Shown: positions 27,995-41,464 of the stretch, one piece after another
Numbering within the stretch: position 1 is the first letter of the stretch
Layout: each line of letters starts with the position of its first letter
Source of the DNA: Octopus sinensis
Taxonomy: Eukaryota
Length of the DNA stretch: 64,000 bases
Assembly: GCF_006345805.1 (NCBI RefSeq)
Contig: NC_043003.1
Coordinates: 110,732,001-110,796,000 of the forward strand
Reading direction: 5' to 3'
Notes under the pieces: model-generated
What the model saw: the letters and a program-made list of their open reading frames with translations, nothing else
What the model was told of the DNA's origin: nothing
Databases searched by the model: none
Made by a program: the position numbers and the translations under genes

Positions 27995-28220
27995 TTATAA
28001 TAATCCTCCCAACCAAAGTTACATGGCCTGTAAGTTTGCGGGAGGGGATTCTTCGATCACGTCCACACCAGTGTCTCACTGGTAATTGATTTATCGACTC
28101 AGGAAAGATGAAAAGCAAAGGGGACCTCGGCAGAATTTCGAACTCAGAACGTAAGACAAACGAAATATCCCTAATCATTTTGCTTGGTTTGCTAACGATT
28201 CTGCTAGCTCACCGCCTGAA
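27995..28220 (-). mobile_element. SINE, same family as 26541
   Basis: gacctcggcagaatttcgaactcagaacgtaagac...ctaacgattctgctagctcaccgcc. Confidence 0.7.
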
Positions 28221-28804
28221 TGACGTAATCTAGAAAAAAAAATGTCAAATTGGTTGGTGCGTGACTTTTGGCCAACCCTGTACATTTTAATGGCATTCGT
28301 TGTGCTGATCTAATACTCTCCATCATAATACATAAATGAAATAATATATTCTATCCACCTCATTCTTGGAGGCATTTGTTTTTGTTTCTAATTGAAAGAA
28401 ATCAATATTAAGTTTTTATTGCTTGTGAAGATCGGAAAATTTCCGGAAATCTAATTTAGTTTTAAGTTATTGGTACAGTACGAAAGTAAAATTTTGTAAA
28501 CTTACATAATTATCACCATTTTAAAATTTGAAACATTAAAAGAAACTACATTAATACGAATAGTAATGATCATATGAAAACGTTTTTAAATATTTCTATA
28601 TGTAGTTTATTGTATTTGAGTTTTTAATGAAATTAAAATTTGAACTTAATAAACTTTTCATGTTAACATGAATTTTAAAGAAGATGGAACTGATTCTTTG
28701 ACAAATTGCGTTTAATGTATATTTTGTGAAGCAATATTTCCACACGTCATATTCTATACTGACATAAATTTATAGTAAAAATATTATTAGGCATGATTTT
28801 TCTT

Positions 28805-29520
28805 TCCAGTTTCACGTTCTGAGTTCAAATGTCACCAAGATCTACTTTTGCTTTCATTGCTCAGGCCCAACAAAATAATTACGAGTTGATCACTAGGATG
28901 ATGAATTAGGCTAACCTCTTCCCCAAAGTTTCAGGCTTTTTACTTAAAGGAGAATCCATTATTAACTATGCCTAAACTAAATAACGTACTTTATTTACAT
29001 TTATCTACCTGCGTTTCTATATATGTATATATATATATATCGGTACCACTATATCGTTCTTTCCAGACGCACAAAAAACATGTATATTTTACGTTCTACG
29101 CTTATATTAGTAATATTTGTTTCTCATTTTTGACACAAGGTCAGTGTTATCCAAAGAATTCATAAGTAGATTATATCAAATCAAAACCGCGACTGGCAAT
29201 TATTTTCTCGACCATGAAAGTATGAAAGGCAAAGTCGCCCTCAGCAAAACTAGATCTCAGAACGTACGAAACGACGAGATGCTGCTAAACATATTTTTTC
29301 GACGTGCTAACGATTCAGCCAACTCGACGCCCAACGTATTTAAACAATTGGTCACAAATTTTGCCGCAAGGTCAGCAATTTCTGCACTTATTTCGTCGAC
29401 CCAGAAGAGATGAAAGACAAAGCTGACCTGGGCGGAATTTGAACTCGGAACGTAAGGACGGATGAAGTATCTCTAAGCGCTTTACCCAGCATTGCTAACG
29501 ATTCTACCAGCTCACCGCTC
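28805..29520. mobile_element. Cluster of three partial SINEs of the same family (28805-28945 +, 29165-29330 -, 29385-29520 -)
   Basis: Recurrent acgttctgagttcaaat / atttgaactcggaacgt and ctaacgattc motifs. Confidence 0.65.
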
Positions 29521-31722
29521 TGCATATTTTGAATATTACCAAATTTAACGAATGCAAACTGTAAGTACACAATCAAATAACAAATATTTCCAAGATTCAA
29601 TGAAAGTATTAGATGTGCTTTCTGTTTACGACTTAAATGGGCGATTAATTTTATATTTGAAACAACAGGATGCCACCATTTCATTTTGAAATCAGTGGGT
29701 TTTTAATTAATTACATTTTGCCCTACCTTTTCTATTGTAATTAAAACATTTGAATGTAAGAGAACGTCAATTATAAATGCTTGCATCGACAGAACAAATA
29801 AATAAATAAATGTAACTTTTTGTTACAAGTCATGAAAAAGCATTTCTTTTTGTTTTCTATTTGCGACAAAGCAATTAAAAAGAAAATACACGAGGTTTTC
29901 ATTAATTCTTCATTTTCATAATTTTATATAATTTAAGATAAATATACTTTGTTAGGACACATTCATTGCTTTTAAGATTGATTGCATATGTATATAAGAT
30001 GTCAAGACTTGTTCATTATTCTTATTCATTTTAGGTTCTACATATTCTGACAATTTGAAAAGTGTGTTTTTAATAAATTAGGTTAAATTAACAACATAAA
30101 TCATCTTACTCATCTATTCACCATAGCAAGGAAATGATGAATGGCGCCGTGATGTCTATAATAGGAACTAATGACTGTGCATAAATAATGATCTGTAACA
30201 AAAATGTTTGCCGATTTACAGTTCGGAATGTTTAGGAATGCAACATTGTTTTTTTTTTTACATTCTCATTAGGAAGATACTTGGCATTATGAATTTTAAA
30301 GTGGAAATTGAATTTCTGTAATTACCTCGGCTTGATACCCTATGAATTTTCATCTATAGTACGGAGTGATATACAATTTGTAAAAGAAAGATATGTTAGG
30401 AATCTAAGTAAGGTATTTCTCGAACATTATAAACTATATTTTGTCTTCAATATAGGAACGATATAATAGGTAGAATTTTCACACTCCTCAAACAGAGTAA
30501 TAATATGCTGTAACTATGTTCTTGTTGATCATTTGTAGAGCAGTATGATGCGCCTTAAATGAGAAAATGTCATATAGAAAAGAATTTGTTGTCATCAAAA
30601 TGAAGATAACTAATAATGTAGTACAATGATATTTCTAAAGATCTGTTAGTACGTGGAGTGCCCCCACATCATGTACCCAGAAAAAAGAATAAAATTTAGT
30701 GTTATAGGGAAATTTACCTAAGAGTAATGCACTTTTCGAATGAACAAGAATGTGGACAATCCATACACTTAAGGCAGGATTGAATGTGACATTGTGAGTG
30801 AGCGTGAACACAATCTGAAACGTCATTGCGCAGCAATTGAACCTTATGCAATTACAGCTTCGAGTTTGAGTAGTTTTCAAAATGACAGTCAATATATAGC
30901 TATGTCATCATTGAGTAAAATAAATATACCCTTCTCAAGTGATTTATTTGAACATGAACGTGGCAAATTGTAAATGACTCTTTCAAGAAAGACAGTGTGG
31001 GATGCAGATAAAATCACAATATCGAATTATGACAAAGAAATTGTGTCTCGTAACCGAATACAGTATTAAAAAAATACTTTCACTTTTGTTATGCAGAGAT
31101 TTTCAGTTATACATACATATGTATACATACATGCACACAAACATACATACAGACATAGATGCATACGTACATACAGACATGCATATATACATCCATATAT
31201 ACATACATATATTCACGCGTGCATACATTCATACATGCACATACCAGTTATAGACTTATCATTGCTTCTAACTTGTCCGAAATCACTTCTACCCCATTTC
31301 TTAGATTTTGTTCAGTTACATATATGTGTGTGTCTGTGTACGTGCGCGCGCGTGTGTGTGTCTGTGTCTCTGTGTGTCTGTGTATCTGCGTGCGCGCGTT
31401 GTGCGTACGTGCGTAAGAGTGAGTGTCTGCATGCCTAAATATCTGTGTATTTCTATCAATCCTCTCTTAGCATCTCTATATTTTAGTACCAGTACATTTT
31501 ACTTCAAACACACTTCATGACCTTCTGTCACATTCTCTTCTGTTATGTAACCTTCTTTGCAGATGACAAGCACGACTCAGGTAAATAAGTGTATGAAGCG
31601 AACATCAAATTGCATTTTTGTTGCTAATACTGCAGAAGGTAGCCAAACGGTCTCTGCAACGGCTGAAGTCGGACAGCGTAAGACCGTACGACAGACGGAA
31701 ATATGCGTTTGTGATACATCCA

Positions 31723-31853
<131 letters not shown>

Positions 31854-31896
31854 TATATATATATATATATAATATATATATATATATGTATATACA

Positions 31897-31944
<48 letters not shown>

Positions 31945-32342
31945 CATGTATATATATATATGTATATATATATGTATATATATGTATGTGTATATGTATA
32001 TATATATATGAATATATGAATGCAAACAAATACATGGATACATACACACACAAACAAACATACTCATACATATATATGGTAATGGAGCTACAAGTTAAGT
32101 ATGTTGTAGATCATTTGGAGTCTATTTCTAGCGTACAGACGTTGCTATTTCAGCGCTCTTCTTATTATGTCTTATAATTATACTTAAATATAAATTAACC
32201 ATTATGGTCTTGTTAGTACGCTTGCCACTGGTAAACCATTAAACAATGATTTTGTCCTAACTATGTATAAGTATATATTAATTCACTACACAATCATTTG
32301 CTGCAAAATTATGTTGAGTGTATATATATATATATATAATAT

Positions 32343-32389
<47 letters not shown>

Positions 32390-32399
32390 TAAATAATAA

Positions 32400-32700
32400 A
32401 TATTAGGGAATAAATCCAAATTTACAGGGAAAAAATCAGATTTAGGATTAAATCCAATTTTATAGTAAAATATTATAAAATATTATTAGAGACAAAACCA
32501 CTATTTTGCAAAACAAACAAGACTTCATAATTTGAAACTGACTTATTGGAAGTCCACCTGAAGATTGTCGATCAAGACAAGAAACAATTGTAGTGGCGGT
32601 TTTTTTTACTATTTATTAAAATTTTATGTATTGATTAAGTCTTTCCTTGTTTGTTTTGCAAAATAGTGGTTTTGTCTCTAATAATATTTTATAAATATAT
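32400..32700. mobile_element. PLE-terminal module: inverted repeat arms (about 32474-32521 and 32647-32693) around a hammerhead motif
   Basis: tattattagagacaaaaccactattttgcaaaacaaacaag is inverted at 32647-32693. 32400-32460 is the inverted aatcctaaatctg... repeat. Confidence 0.75.
32554..32596 (+). ncRNA. Minimal type-I hammerhead ribozyme with canonical core
   Basis: ccac-CTGAAGA-ttgtc gatcaa gacaa-GAAA-caattg-TA-gtgg. All core nucleotides and stems I and II are intact. Confidence 0.8.
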
Positions 32701-33150
32701 ATATATATGTGTATACTGAAATAGATAGAGAGAGAGAGAGAGAGAGTGAGAGAGTAGAGAGAGAGAGAAGCAAAGAGAGAGAGGGGGTAGAAAAGAAGAA
32801 AAGCAAATGTATTTGAGTACTTATTGAACTTTAGCCTATATTATTTCGTATTGATCGATGACTTGCATCATCAATCAGAAGCAGCATCATTATGCTATTC
32901 TATATACGTTGCCGAACAACGAATGCACACATCCTTAAAATAAATATATAAAATATATAATTTAATTAATCAAATAATAACGATAATATGATAATGCTTT
33001 CTGCTATAGGCTTTAGCAACGTAAACTTGGAAAAATACCACTTGGTGGTTTCTCCGGCACGGGAAAGAGTCTGCCATCTCGCCGCTTTAATAACAACAAC
33101 GATGAAGATGATGATGATGATGATACTAATAGCAATATCACACTAGATAA

Positions 33151-34470
33151 GTGAATTAGACCAAAACCAGACATACAAATACCCAGGAATCAGTGAAATA
33201 GATACGATACAACCCATACAAATGAAAGAGAAAATAAAAAAAGAATACTATAGACGAGTTAGATTAATACTGAAAAGAGAGCTCAATACGAAAAGCAAGA
33301 TGATAGGTATCAACATTCTCTCAGTCCCAGTTCTAAGTTACAGCTACAATATCATTAAGTGGACACAAAAGGAACTAATCAAAATAGAGAGGAAAACAAA
33401 AAGAATGGCAGGATTTAGGATGCACCACCCAAAATCTGACATAGAAATGCTATATATACAACGTATAGAAGTTACTACAGGCCTTATACAGCTAGATATT
33501 AACCACCATACAAATACTCACAAAACGCGAACAGAAAAAAACAGTTTTCAGTCTTTAAGGGAGCTGACAAATACAATCATAAAGTCGTATTTCAATACTC
33601 AAGCTCGCTTCCTTAATAATAATAATAATGATACAGCACTTATTGACCCGGAAGTATCAAGCGAATGTGATGAAAAATGGAGTAGATCAAAGTGGCGATA
33701 CTGGAACGATGGTATTGAAGCAATGGACCACCTAATCTCTGGGAGTAATGTTTTAGCACCTGTAGATTACAAACCAAGACATGACAGGCTTGGCTGATAT
33801 CTGCATTGGATAATGTGTCGACATTACGAAATCAAAACTGCTGACAAGTTTACAGACACCGGCCTGAGGCTGTAACTGAGAGAGAAAATGGAACGATTCT
33901 TTGGGACCTTTCAGTATGTCCAGACCGGACCATCAAATCAAATAAACCAGATATTGTTGTGAAAGAACAAAACAATAATGTCTGTTTATTGATTGACATG
34001 AGCATACCCTGTGACCATAATATCTCGGCAAAAGAATTTCATGAGCACAGAAATTATAAAGATTTGCGACTCGATATCTCAAGACGGTTACAATACCAGT
34101 GATTGTAGGAATAATTGTAATGATTAAAAAAGGAACTGAAAATTATCAAGAATGATCCCTGGTTTACCATCCATGCAGGAAGTGTGAAAGATTGTCTTAA
34201 CTCTGACGTCACATATTCTGTAAAGAGCATTGTCGCCGAGAATGTTCTTTCATTTTCTCCGTTTATTTTCTTTGATTATTATTAAAAAAATTTTTTTTTC
34301 GTTTTCCTTTCTCTTTTCCTTCTTTTTCGCTATCACATGACTTTATATATGAACAATCTGGTATGTTTACTTTAATGGCCTACCAATGTATAAAGTGCGC
34401 TTCTCTGATCTAGATGTCAGGAAGGCACTCGGCAATAAATAGAAACGGAATTGAAAGTAAATGATAGCGA
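33151..34470 (+). mobile_element. 5'-truncated R4/Dong-clade RLE non-LTR retrotransposon (RT thumb, restriction-like endonuclease, 3' UTR)
   Basis: MKEKIKKEYYRRVRLIL, MHHPKSDIEMLYI, DHLISG..YKPRHD, then PDRTIKSNKPDIVVK...LLIDMSIPCD (PD..D/E motif). The 3' end runs into (AAT)n. Confidence 0.85.
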
Positions 34471-34471
34471 A

Positions 34472-34508
<37 letters not shown>

Positions 34509-34695
34509 TAAATAATATTAATAATAATGATAATAATAATAATAATAATGATAATAATAATAATAATAATAATAAAATTAATAATAATGATAATAATAAT
34601 AATAATATTAATAATAATAATAATATTAATAAAAATAATATTAATAAAAATAATAATATATAATAATAATATTAATAATAATAATAATAATAATA

Positions 34696-34755
<60 letters not shown>
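34471..34755. repeat. (AAT)n trinucleotide microsatellite, about 285 bp
   Basis: Direct reading. Confidence 0.98.
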
Positions 34756-34756
<1 letters not shown>

Positions 34757-35770
34757 TGCGAATGATGAGAGATCGATGAAAGACACACACAGTGTGGAGC
34801 TTTACATAAAATGAAATGATAAAATAAATAAGTAAATAACAGCAAATAATAGTAAGTGTACATGGTATAAAATAAAAAGGACGGGAAACATGTAGTATAC
34901 AAAGTTTTAAAAAGTAGAGGATGTTAGAGATGTAGTCCTGATACAGGATGACTTCTAAGGATAATCGAGGAAACCTATTGTCCAAGATCTCTTTGAACAC
35001 CAAAGACAAGTGCCCTCTCTAATTCCTTTTCTCCGACTCACAGGTCTCCACATAGAAAGATACTATCTACTCTTACTATTTTCGCAACTTTCATCCGCCT
35101 TTCAATAAACTGGAGGACAGCACTTACTTTTCCAACCACAATTTATTTTTCAAGTGTAACATGAAGAGGTCACTGAGAGTTCTACTAGTGGAATGTATCT
35201 GTCCTCAGACCTTTCAGTCTCCTGCACCAGACAAAGTCTCTCGCCACAGCTACCAAGCAAAGGAAACTTTCTTGCCTGCTCGATAGAAGGAGGGCAGTGG
35301 GACTATCACAAGTATGACTCTGCCGATAGGTGGCTCCGTCCCACACGTAACAGCAGCTGTTCAATATAACCCAGCACATCAGCAATTCCCGGAAAAGTGA
35401 GCCAGGGCCTGCGGAACGGTTTTGTCACACTGTAAGCACCTCAGACGAGCCTGTCTGACAGCAAATCCGTGCTTGTAAAGTTTATCTCAAGTTGGTAGCG
35501 CTTCCCGGTAGCATTGCCAGGCCAAGGATATCTGGAAATTATCCACGATAGTTCCCGACCGAAAAATCTTCCTAAAGAGTCTGGCCAGTTTCTTTTCGTC
35601 GACGCCTAGAATCTCGGGAACGTTGTCGCACTTCCCACATCTGTCCCTCTATAAATTGTTAAAGCGGAACATCCGAGATCCCATTGCCTGACTGGTAGAG
35701 GATTGTAAACGCCTGACGGCATTCTAAGTGCCAGGCGTCCAGTTTCAGTTTTTTTTTATACCCAGGACTG
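34756..35770 (-). mobile_element. Tx1/L1-clade LINE 3' fragment (RT C-terminus/zf-RVT, 3' UTR, (ATT)n tail)
   Basis: The minus strand gives ...LAWQCYREALP.../DKLYKHGFAVRQARLRCLQCDKTVPQAL..., typical of the Tx1 ORF2 C-terminus, followed by a T-rich UTR ending in (att)n. Confidence 0.7.
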
Positions 35771-36514
35771 CAGCTGCGTCAAGGAAACAAGCTGCAATAA
35801 TGATAGGAGATTCAGATTCCCCTCTGTTTTTCTGACTTGAACTGACCTCGCTACAAAACGTATAAAATGAAACCACCATTTGTTATATATGCTATAGATA
35901 AACAATAAACAATTTCCTATTCATGGGTGATTTAAAAACGTTCACTAAAATTACTGCGGAACAGCGAGTCTTTCTAAAAATTGTCCATAGTTTCAGCAGG
36001 ATTGAAATACATGGCAGTATGCAGAGAAAGGAAGAAGAGTTGGTTGACGTAACAGCCTAACATTATTTGCTTGTTTAAATTATGGTATAACTGGAAGATG
36101 TGGATGCCTCAATGAAACGTATCGCATAATCTCATAGATATTGCATGCATATGCATGCGTACTTGTACTATGTTGTGTGAGAGGAAATATTTTAAATGAA
36201 ACATTTGTAGATATACCGTAAATTCGCCTATCTTAATATTATATTATTCCACTTAACTTGGGATAATCTTTGATATGCGGAATATCAAATACCAGTAAAT
36301 GTTTCCTGATGGGTGTCTCATTTGCTAACAGAACCTCTTATTTTATCGGTTGATATCTGTTATACTCTCACGTCATCATTCGTGGTTTCTTTTACTTTCA
36401 AGCCATAGTAATCTATTAATTATATCCACATTAAATCTGTGTCTGTCTGGCTGTCGGTCTGTCTGTCTGTCTCTCTCACACACACACACATGTACACACA
36501 CATAATCACATACA

Positions 36515-36665
36515 CACATATATATGACGGGGTTCTTTTAGTTTTCTTCCATCAAATGCAATACTCATGCTTTGGTTGCCTATGGCTATACTAGAAGACA
36601 TCTACCCAAGGTTCCACGCAGTGTGAACCATCTGGTTGGCAACAAAGCTTCTTCACTCAGCCTAT
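36515..36665 (-). mobile_element. Partial SINE (57225 family)
   Basis: gacggggttctttta gttttcttccatcaaat...ctagaagacatctacccaagg is the reverse of the ccttgggcaagtgtcttct domain. Confidence 0.6.
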
Positions 36666-36714
36666 ATATAGATATTGATCTACAGTTATAGCTATATTCC
36701 TATACACACACGCA

Positions 36715-36748
<34 letters not shown>

Positions 36749-37136
36749 ATGTATGTATATATATGTTAGTATGTATATAAATAGATTCATATAGAGGGAA
36801 GGGAGAGATGCATGCATAAGTACGTGTATATTTTTATGGGTGTGCAAAATAATAATTGCATCCATCCTCTTGGTTAAACTCACGTCAAAGCTATCGAAAT
36901 AAAGCTACATGTTTCCACAACTCCCTAGATTTAATGTACTGACTCTTTTCCTTGTGTTATACTCTCAATATTACCAAACCGGTGTGCATGCACTCAATAA
37001 GTTGTTAAATTTTGCTGAAAACTGATTAGCTCATACAATAAAATAGTGGATATAAATGTATTTACATATATGGAAATTCGGAACTCTATACACGTCAGTT
37101 TTTATAATATATATGCGCGTCAGTATATATGTATAT

Positions 37137-37185
<49 letters not shown>

Positions 37186-37262
37186 ACATGCATTCATTAT
37201 GTAAAATAATATGAAATTTGCATGCTGATATTTCAATACACACACACACACACGCATATATA

Positions 37263-37328
<66 letters not shown>

Positions 37329-38224
37329 GTATATATTATAATAACAGGACAGACAGTTAAGGAAAATATCGATATATAAATTTTAAGTTAGAAGGAGAAA
37401 TTGAGAAGAAGAGAAAAGTTGATTGAGTGGGAGACAGACCTCTAGACAGATGTAAAATTTCAATATCTTTTAATGAATTGCTATATTTAATTTTTGTTTT
37501 TGTATTTTTCAAGCCATTGTTTTCGTTTAGTATGTTATACGATGTTTGGTGTCACTCGCTTCATTCTTACAAATTATTTACATGTAAACATGCATTGACG
37601 ACCTATCAAAAGCATTGAATAAATATTAATGTTACTTATTAATTTTATTCACATTTTTTGTAAATATTTCGTATTCTTTGAGATGAAAATAAAGAAAGGA
37701 AGCTAAATACATATTTTGTTCTGCGGTGCGTGTTTTGTTATACATTTAATAAAAGTTTGCATTAGTTTTCGTAAAATTTTCTTAGAATTTTTATTACAAT
37801 ATATTTGTTCTGATATTCTATTTCACATTTAGAATAATTTTCAATATATCCCGTGGTATAACCATACAAATATAAAGCACGAGTTTATATTAAGTAGGCT
37901 GTCATGATTTTATTTCATAATTTGTTATTTACATGCAGGTCAGCATTGCCTGTGCAGAAAATGAATTAAAATCGTTCTCCTGTTTTGAAACGTAACGTAC
38001 CTAAGACTACTAAACCCAATGTATACATGTTTTTTCTTTCCCTAAGAGATGAGCAGGCGAGGAATTTTCTTTTTACAATTAATATAAAAATGTGTTTGTA
38101 ACCGAAACGTAATGATCCACTGAGAGTTGAGGAAATAACTATGAGTGTGTTCGCTTGTTATTAGTAGTAGAGTGACAGATAGCTAGATGATACTGTATAT
38201 TCATTTGCTAGTGAAACTAAATAT

Positions 38225-39540
38225 ATGAAGATACTTCACCAAGTCCGTTGAATACATTTTGATTTCAAGCCACAGTCTAGGAATAGAGGTAATCCAATTC
38301 TGGCTAGAGAAATACGTCAATAAACTCCCACATCGCTCCAAAAATGAATTCGTAATAGAAGGGCTAAAATCCATCTTGGAAAATAACTTCTTCGTCTTCA
38401 AAGATAAATTCTATCGACAAAAAATCGGGGACAACGATGGGTACGAGAATGGCAACCCTTTTTGCTAACCTAGTCATGGGATATCTAGAAATCAGTCTTA
38501 AATATAAGGTAAGAGAAAATACGGCAATCCATTCTCCCTCTACATAGGAAATAAATGGAAGAGGTACCTGGATGACTGCTTAATTTCTTGGCATGAAAGT
38601 AAAGGGAGGCTTAAATAATTTCAAGCACTTCTAAATGAACGTTACATAAACATTCAATTTACGATGGAATATAGCTATTAACAACTACCATTCCTCAACA
38701 TGTGCATTGAGAAATACTGCAACAAAATAGAAACATACTGATATAAGCTTTCACCGTGTCCTACAAACGAAGAATATTCATCAACATTGAAAGCGTCAGT
38801 AAAAAAATTGTGGAAGACCTAACATTGGTATGTGCATCAACCTAATCGAGGGATCGGGGTTCCCCTTCAAAAAAGGTCAACGTTCTACAGCGATAAACAA
38901 CTTCACATGCGCTTCGGAAAACGTAATATATGCATTAACTTGTTCAGGGTGTCTAAGTCAATGCATAGGCCAAGCAAAAAAGGAGTCTACATATAGATGT
39001 CAGATCAAAATTCAGGAATACAGAAAAATAGCATTTAACGAACACATCGTCTTTTGCGCCAGTTTTTACGCTTTATAAATTCAGGGCCGATGCAACCTAT
39101 AATCAGCGCATTAGAAAAGAATCATATAAACCCCATTTGAATGCTTCCACCACAAATGACTGCAAGGGACTTAGAATAATACCTAAGCCAATATTGAAAA
39201 CGATATATTCAGAACATTCTCTACCCATGAACTTATCTAGAACAATTCCAATCACTAGCGCTGTAACCAGAACAGATCACTTTCAGGTTACTTGACCATT
39301 CAAGGAAACCCTAGCAACAGTCTATTACTGTCATACCTCTACCGTCTTTTTTATTCTTTCTCTTCTTTTCCCACACTCTCTTCTTCTTCTTCTTCGCCGT
39401 CTACTTCCTCGGCAACTGCTGCTTAAACAATCAAATACCAGAACCAACATTCCACATTTCAAATATTTCTTCTGATCTGCCGCTACTGCCTAGCCTACCG
39501 AGCATTCACACATGTAAAAAACAGAGAGGGAAAATAGCAA
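38225..39540 (+). mobile_element. Degenerate PLE RT plus GIY-YIG
   Basis: HSLGIEVIQFWLE, ILENNFF.F...FYRQKIGTTMGT, NKWKRYLDDC (YLDD) and FTCASENVIYALTCSGCLSQCIGQ. Confidence 0.85.
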
Positions 39541-39734
39541 AAAAGCGGAAAATGTCACACGTATTTGAGAATTATGGAAATATTCTAAGATAAATTTCAT
39601 TTAAGTTTTCCACAATTTAATTGCAAAGACTGAAAAATGCACTAACATTTTCTTCATGATAAAATTACTTTAGCATTTTCTATCCTGTCTTATTATATAT
39701 ATATAATATAACATAATATAATAAAATATAATAT

Positions 39735-39944
39735 AAATTAGAGATAAAACCATTGTTATGCAACTCAAACAGTGATAGACATAAACCAAAACATAAATAA
39801 CAAATATTTATATGATATATATAATATTATATATAATATTATATATAATATTATATATAATATTATATATAATATTTTTTACTTATGTTTTGGTTGATGT
39901 CTATCACTCTTTGAGTTGCATAATAGTGGTGTTATCTCTAATTT
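39735..39944. repeat. 62-bp inverted repeat (5 mismatches) around an AT-rich 10-mer tandem spacer
   Basis: 39735-39796 pairs with 39883-39944. The spacer contains (atataatatt)n. Confidence 0.85.
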
Positions 39945-40039
39945 ATATTTTGTATATCTATATTGTGAAATTTGATTTAATACTAAATTGAATTTTTCAC
40001 TGTAAGTTTCGAATTATACTCCCTAATATTATTATTCTT

Positions 40040-40271
40040 TTATCGGTAGCTTTTGCACGCATATTTTTTTCTCTCCTTCTTTCTGTGTTTTTTTTTCTCT
40101 GTGTATCTTTCTGTTGAAGAGCGTAGGCTCGAAACGTTAAAGACTTGTTTCATTTATATTTCCTGAGCGCTATACTAATGCAATTGTTTGTTTGTATTCC
40201 ACCTGCCTTCGTCTTTTGTTTATTTCCGTAAACCTGCCTTCGTCTTTTGTCTATTTTCATAAAGCTTACCG

Positions 40272-40317
<46 letters not shown>

Positions 40318-40318
40318 G

Positions 40319-40374
<56 letters not shown>

Positions 40375-40570
40375 ATATATATATATATATGTATATGTTT
40401 GTATGTATGTATGTAGTTGGAATTTACAAAAAGCAAAATTCGAAGACAGGTGCGTAAACAACAAACGGGTGTATTAGTTTAATACTCGGGAAGGTGAGAA
40501 TGTCTTTCACGTTTCGAGCCTACGCTCTTCTACCGAAAGGAACACGAGAAAATAAACAGAAAGAGAATAA
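40040..40570. mobile_element. Oppositely oriented pair of PLE-terminal fragments around (TA)n, each with an HHR-like motif
   Basis: The + copy is tctttctgttgaagagcgtaggctcgaaacgttaaaga (40106-40143). An inverted, diverged copy lies at 40503-40539. Confidence 0.7.
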
Positions 40571-40607
40571 AACCAGAAAGCTTTAGTAGCTAGCGGTTAA
40601 TCAGAGA

Positions 40608-40669
<62 letters not shown>

Positions 40670-41464
40670 TCGACGGAGAATGTGGTAGCAGGAAAGAGAT
40701 TAATTGAAAGATAATGATATCAATGTAGAAATAATTGCTTCAAACTGACTAACTTTACAGGATTATATTTAAAAGTCGCTTTGGAAGTATCTCAGACGAT
40801 TTCACTGTCTCACAGTTTAAAGAATAGCGGTATTCAATTTCGTTTTCAGTAGCATTTCCCGACATAATCAATTGATAAATCTACACGTCTATGTTATTGT
40901 TTCTGAGCATTTTGCTTTTCGATTGACTTTTTTGGTCTTTTGTCTTTTTCCTTTGTAATTTTGATTTTGCTAGTATAAAACAGTATAATAATCCGTTAAT
41001 ATTGGAAATGCCTTGTTGCATATGAGGAATGTTTTTTTAAACCATATTTCGATTACAATTGACTTAATGGCCCCGTACACAAATTTACATTTATTTGTTC
41101 TCTCTACGTCGCTATATTTTTCTTGGGTAATTCTCACTTCTGTAACTACATTAGTTATCCTTTCAGTTAGTCTTAACCTGCATAAATTGGAACAAAATCA
41201 TTTAAGCTTGGCATTGATTAAATCCACCCCATCTAGTACCATTATAATATATTTATTTTTATAAATTAAACTCTTCCAGATTTTATGCTTTGAATATTTG
41301 AGACTAAGAATTTCCGAAATTATTTTTTATTTTTGAAATGAAAAACTTTGTAGGCATAAGAAATTCAGTTGGCTTCTATTCTCTAAAGCCATTTTGTTAT
41401 ATAAGTTTATTTCCTTTACTTTTCAGTGGCATCTATATTTATCTATTTATTTATTACTCTAAGC

